Below the pieces are notes generated by a model. The model made no database searches. It was not told where the DNA came from and was given only the letters and a program-made list of their open reading frames with translations. A stretch of DNA of 29,676 nucleotides, taken from assembly GCA_964388035.1 (NCBI GenBank), contig CAYLZE010000052.1, positions 1 through 29,676 of the forward strand, written 5' to 3'. Both the position numbers and the translations under genes were made by a program. This document shows positions 26,968-29,676 of the stretch, piece after piece; within the stretch, counting starts at the first letter, position 1; each line of letters begins with the position of its first letter. Source of the DNA: an uncultured archaeon. GTDB taxonomy: Archaea > Asgardarchaeota > Lokiarchaeia > Sigyniarchaeales > SOKP01.

Positions 26968-29676
26968 TTGAAATTGAAATTCAAAAAAGGATTATTCATT
27001 TTAGGAATTTTTTTGTTTATTACTTGGATAGGTGGGATAAATCAATCTCTTGGCATCCCAACAAGCTCTCAGAGTAATCTAAGCTTGAAAAGCATTACAG
27101 ATGGGAGTGACCTTCAAGCAAGTCCCTCTAAGCAATCTCTTGGGGAGCCTTTATCCATTACTCAGCACGCATCTATATCGAAAATGTATTTTCCTCAAGA
27201 ATTACCGCTAAATTTAAGTTTCTCACTTGCTAAAGATTGGACTTCGGAAAATATTACAATATTTTATAGTGGAGTCTCTCAAGATAAAGATTATATTAAT
27301 AATGGGGGATTTACGTCAGGGGGAACTGGTTGGACGTTTAATGAAAAAGGTAAAAAAAACCATTTTATCGATCGAATTTTATTGGGGAATGCGGAAATAA
27401 TTGCGAGAAATCGGCCATTTCTTGCCAATGAATCGGGATATTTTGAACAATCGATAACTATTAATCAGAAATTTGCACGGAATGAAATGGTCGCTTTTTC
27501 TTTTGATTATTTTTTCATATCTCGAGAGAGAAATTTAGGGTTAATGAGTGTTTATCTTGCGGTAATCGTAAATGGTGTGGAAAAAAATATCATGATTAAG
27601 ACATCTGATTTACGGCAAAGATCGTGGAATCGATTACATTTAATTTATGACCCAACGGAAGCAGGTCAACAAATCCCTGGGGTAATAAAATTTAGGGTGG
27701 GTTTGATTGCTAATTCCAATCATGATCCAAGGCACAATCAATATTTTTATATTGATAACGTTCAGGCTGATATTCAGACAAGCGTTCAAGACTCGAACAT
27801 TTTAACCGTCCATGATAACGATTTAGGTGAAGAATACTCTTATTTAAGTATAGGAAATGGTAAGGGAGTCACACAAATTAATTATGAAAGAAAGAGTGAG
27901 GTTTCTAAAAATATTGTTATTACCATAACAAAAAACACCAGCTACAAAGGAGATTTTCACATAAATAATATCACATTAGTTTCTAATTTGTATAAGAATA
28001 TTAAAAGCACTTATGATTCTCAAGAAGGAAGCAAGTACACTATTAGTGATAGTTCAGTTGTTATTTGGGATACTAACATGCTTATCTCAATTCCCGAAGG
28101 ATACACAAGCAATTGGGCAGAAATTCGTAAACCATCTGATTGGAGTTTTACTCATATTTATAATGATGGAGGTAAAGACTTAATAAGAGAATGTGAAGGT
28201 ATTGAACGGGGAAATCAGAGTTCTATAGTTCCCATTGGAATATTACAAGAAGGATTATGGAACTTAGAGGCAATTAATGATAACGCCATCAGCAAGTCTC
28301 AAACTTTCAAAATCGTGAACGGAGAACTTATTGAAACCCCAAGATTTTTCACCGGAGATAAATTCATAACTTTTCTTACTCTTAATGAGCAGACGAGTCT
28401 AAAAGATACCGTGATCTCGTATTCGCTTTTCTATCCTAACGGGAGCTTATTTTATAAAGAAGTTAAAAATCCCACTTCCCGTGAAGTGGATTTTGGGAAA
28501 TTTACTGTAGGAAACAACATGAGTATTGGAGAATTTGTTATTGAGATAAATGGTATGAATAATAATAATCAGCAAAATGCCACCATGATTGCCTATTGGA
28601 AATCTAAAATAGAGGTATGGCATCATTCCCTCCTTGAAGCTGCACGATCATTTATTACGGCTAAAATTGGAGACGCGCTATTCTTCAAAATGAATTATAG
28701 TGATTCTGATTTAAATAAACCCATAGAATTTGCCAAAATGACATTTAATTCCACTTTTGGACAAAAAGGAGCAATGCAATCTATAGGAGCTGGAATATAT
28801 TTGGCTGAACTCGAGACAACTTCATTGTCTCTCGGAGATTACTATATCTCTATTAATGCTTCAAAACAATATCATGAGAATAAAATAATTCAAGATATGA
28901 TTCGCATTAAGATTATTCCTCACTCTTTACAAATCCAAGGTCCAAATACGATCCTCAATGTTATGGGAAATAGTGAAATAAAATTTCAAGTAACCATATA
29001 TGACCCCGAGAAAGGAACATTTTTAACAGATAGTAATCTTTCTACTGATTGGAATAAAGGCAATACCATTACAAATCAAAAAAATGGAACATATCTGATT
29101 AATCTCTCCACAGATGGGTTGCCAATTAATGGTCTACAAGAAACCCTTTATATCACTATATTTGCGAATAGAACAAATTATTTTGAAAGCCAGAAAATGG
29201 TATTTTTAAATATCGTGCCATTACCGGCAATATTATTCATAAACCAAACATTTGTAGTAACCCAATTTAATAAAAATTTTCGCTTGGACGTGTCATATCT
29301 TGATAATGAATCCCTTCAAGCAATCCCAAAAGCCGTTTTGGAGGTGATTTGGGGAAGCTCATTTGAGTTCGTTCAAGATCAAGATAATGCCGTGTTGGAA
29401 TTATCAACTGAGGGGCTTGCAATAGGACATCACTCTCTAACTATCACAGCTCTTGGACCGGGCTATGAGATAAAAAGCGTGACCTTGGATGTACTGATAA
29501 ACCCTATTAATACAGAACTTGTAATATTGAATGAATTACCGATTGAGTTAGTTAAAGGTGATATGGGATTGTTAGAATGTCAATATTTAGCAGAAGACAA
29601 GGTTTATTTAGACGGATCACTCTTTTTAAGAGGTTCTATTGAAGGAAAATTCGAACTGACGAATTCTACCTATAGT
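26968..29676 (+). CDS. Large secreted/cell-surface protein, 3'-partial (>903 aa), with a CBM-like jelly-roll segment and Ig-like repeats
   Basis: Frame read by hand is open from TTG 26968 to the window end. Signal peptide KLKFKKGLFILGIFLFITWIGG; INNGGFTSGGTGWTF...FYIDNVQ; repeats GAGIYLAELETTSLSLGDYYISINA, NGTYLINLSTDGL and LELSTEGLAIGHHSLTITA; many NxS/T sequons. Confidence 0.88.
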   Translation, partial: MKLKFKKGLFILGIFLFITWIGGINQSLGIPTSSQSNLSLKSITDGSDLQASPSKQSLGEPLSITQHASISKMYFPQELPLNLSFSLAKDWTSENITIFYSGVSQDKDYINNGGFTSGGTGWTFNEKGKKNHFIDRILLGNAEIIARNRPFLANESGYFEQSITINQKFARNEMVAFSFDYFFISRERNLGLMSVYLAVIVNGVEKNIMIKTSDLRQRSWNRLHLIYDPTEAGQQIPGVIKFRVGLIANSNHDPRHNQYFYIDNVQADIQTSVQDSNILTVHDNDLGEEYSYLSIGNGKGVTQINYERKSEVSKNIVITITKNTSYKGDFHINNITLVSNLYKNIKSTYDSQEGSKYTISDSSVVIWDTNMLISIPEGYTSNWAEIRKPSDWSFTHIYNDGGKDLIRECEGIERGNQSSIVPIGILQEGLWNLEAINDNAISKSQTFKIVNGELIETPRFFTGDKFITFLTLNEQTSLKDTVISYSLFYPNGSLFYKEVKNPTSREVDFGKFTVGNNMSIGEFVIEINGMNNNNQQNATMIAYWKSKIEVWHHSLLEAARSFITAKIGDALFFKMNYSDSDLNKPIEFAKMTFNSTFGQKGAMQSIGAGIYLAELETTSLSLGDYYISINASKQYHENKIIQDMIRIKIIPHSLQIQGPNTILNVMGNSEIKFQVTIYDPEKGTFLTDSNLSTDWNKGNTITNQKNGTYLINLSTDGLPINGLQETLYITIFANRTNYFESQKMVFLNIVPLPAILFINQTFVVTQFNKNFRLDVSYLDNESLQAIPKAVLEVIWGSSFEFVQDQDNAVLELSTEGLAIGHHSLTITALGPGYEIKSVTLDVLINPINTELVILNELPIELVKGDMGLLECQYLAEDKVYLDGSLFLRGSIEGKFELTNSTYS

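Noticed and set aside
1-29676. CRISPR array, tRNA/rRNA, IS elements or defence systems
   Set aside because: No periodic repeat-spacer pattern, cloverleaf, transposase, integrase or nuclease motifs were recognised by eye. The short (ATA)n and (AAT)n runs near 14503 and 28558 are low-complexity only.

Overview
AT-rich archaeal-looking window, most consistent with an Asgard (Lokiarchaeia-like) genome. That assignment is inferred from TATA-like promoters, AGGTGA ribosome-binding sites before TTG starts, oligo-T terminators, a longin-like/Zn-motif protein, a COG4030 HAD protein and a giant secreted Ig-like protein. The centrepiece (about 2.0-14.2 kb) is a 6-deoxyhexose catabolic region. It has bacterial-type L-rhamnose isomerase (rhaA), rhamnulokinase (rhaB) and a DeoR regulator, but no canonical RhaD or lactaldehyde reductase/dehydrogenase. 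Instead a tungsten aldehyde:ferredoxin oxidoreductase (AOR) and a short FucA-type class II aldolase lie directly downstream of rhaA. A shared palindrome (AATTG-N3-CAATT) precedes rhaA, deoR, rhaB and AOR. Nearby are a YihQ-like GH31 enzyme whose sulfonate-binding triad appears replaced, a SatP monocarboxylate channel and a true L-LDH. The remainder holds a decayed membrane-protein gene, superoxide reductase, GAPN, an S9 peptidase, a flavodiiron protein, a class II ribonucleotide reductase, a high-GC membrane-protein gene, a 48-aa zinc-ribbon ORF and a >903-codon secreted protein running off the end. The last two are absent from the ORF track. No rRNA, tRNA, CRISPR array or transposase was seen.
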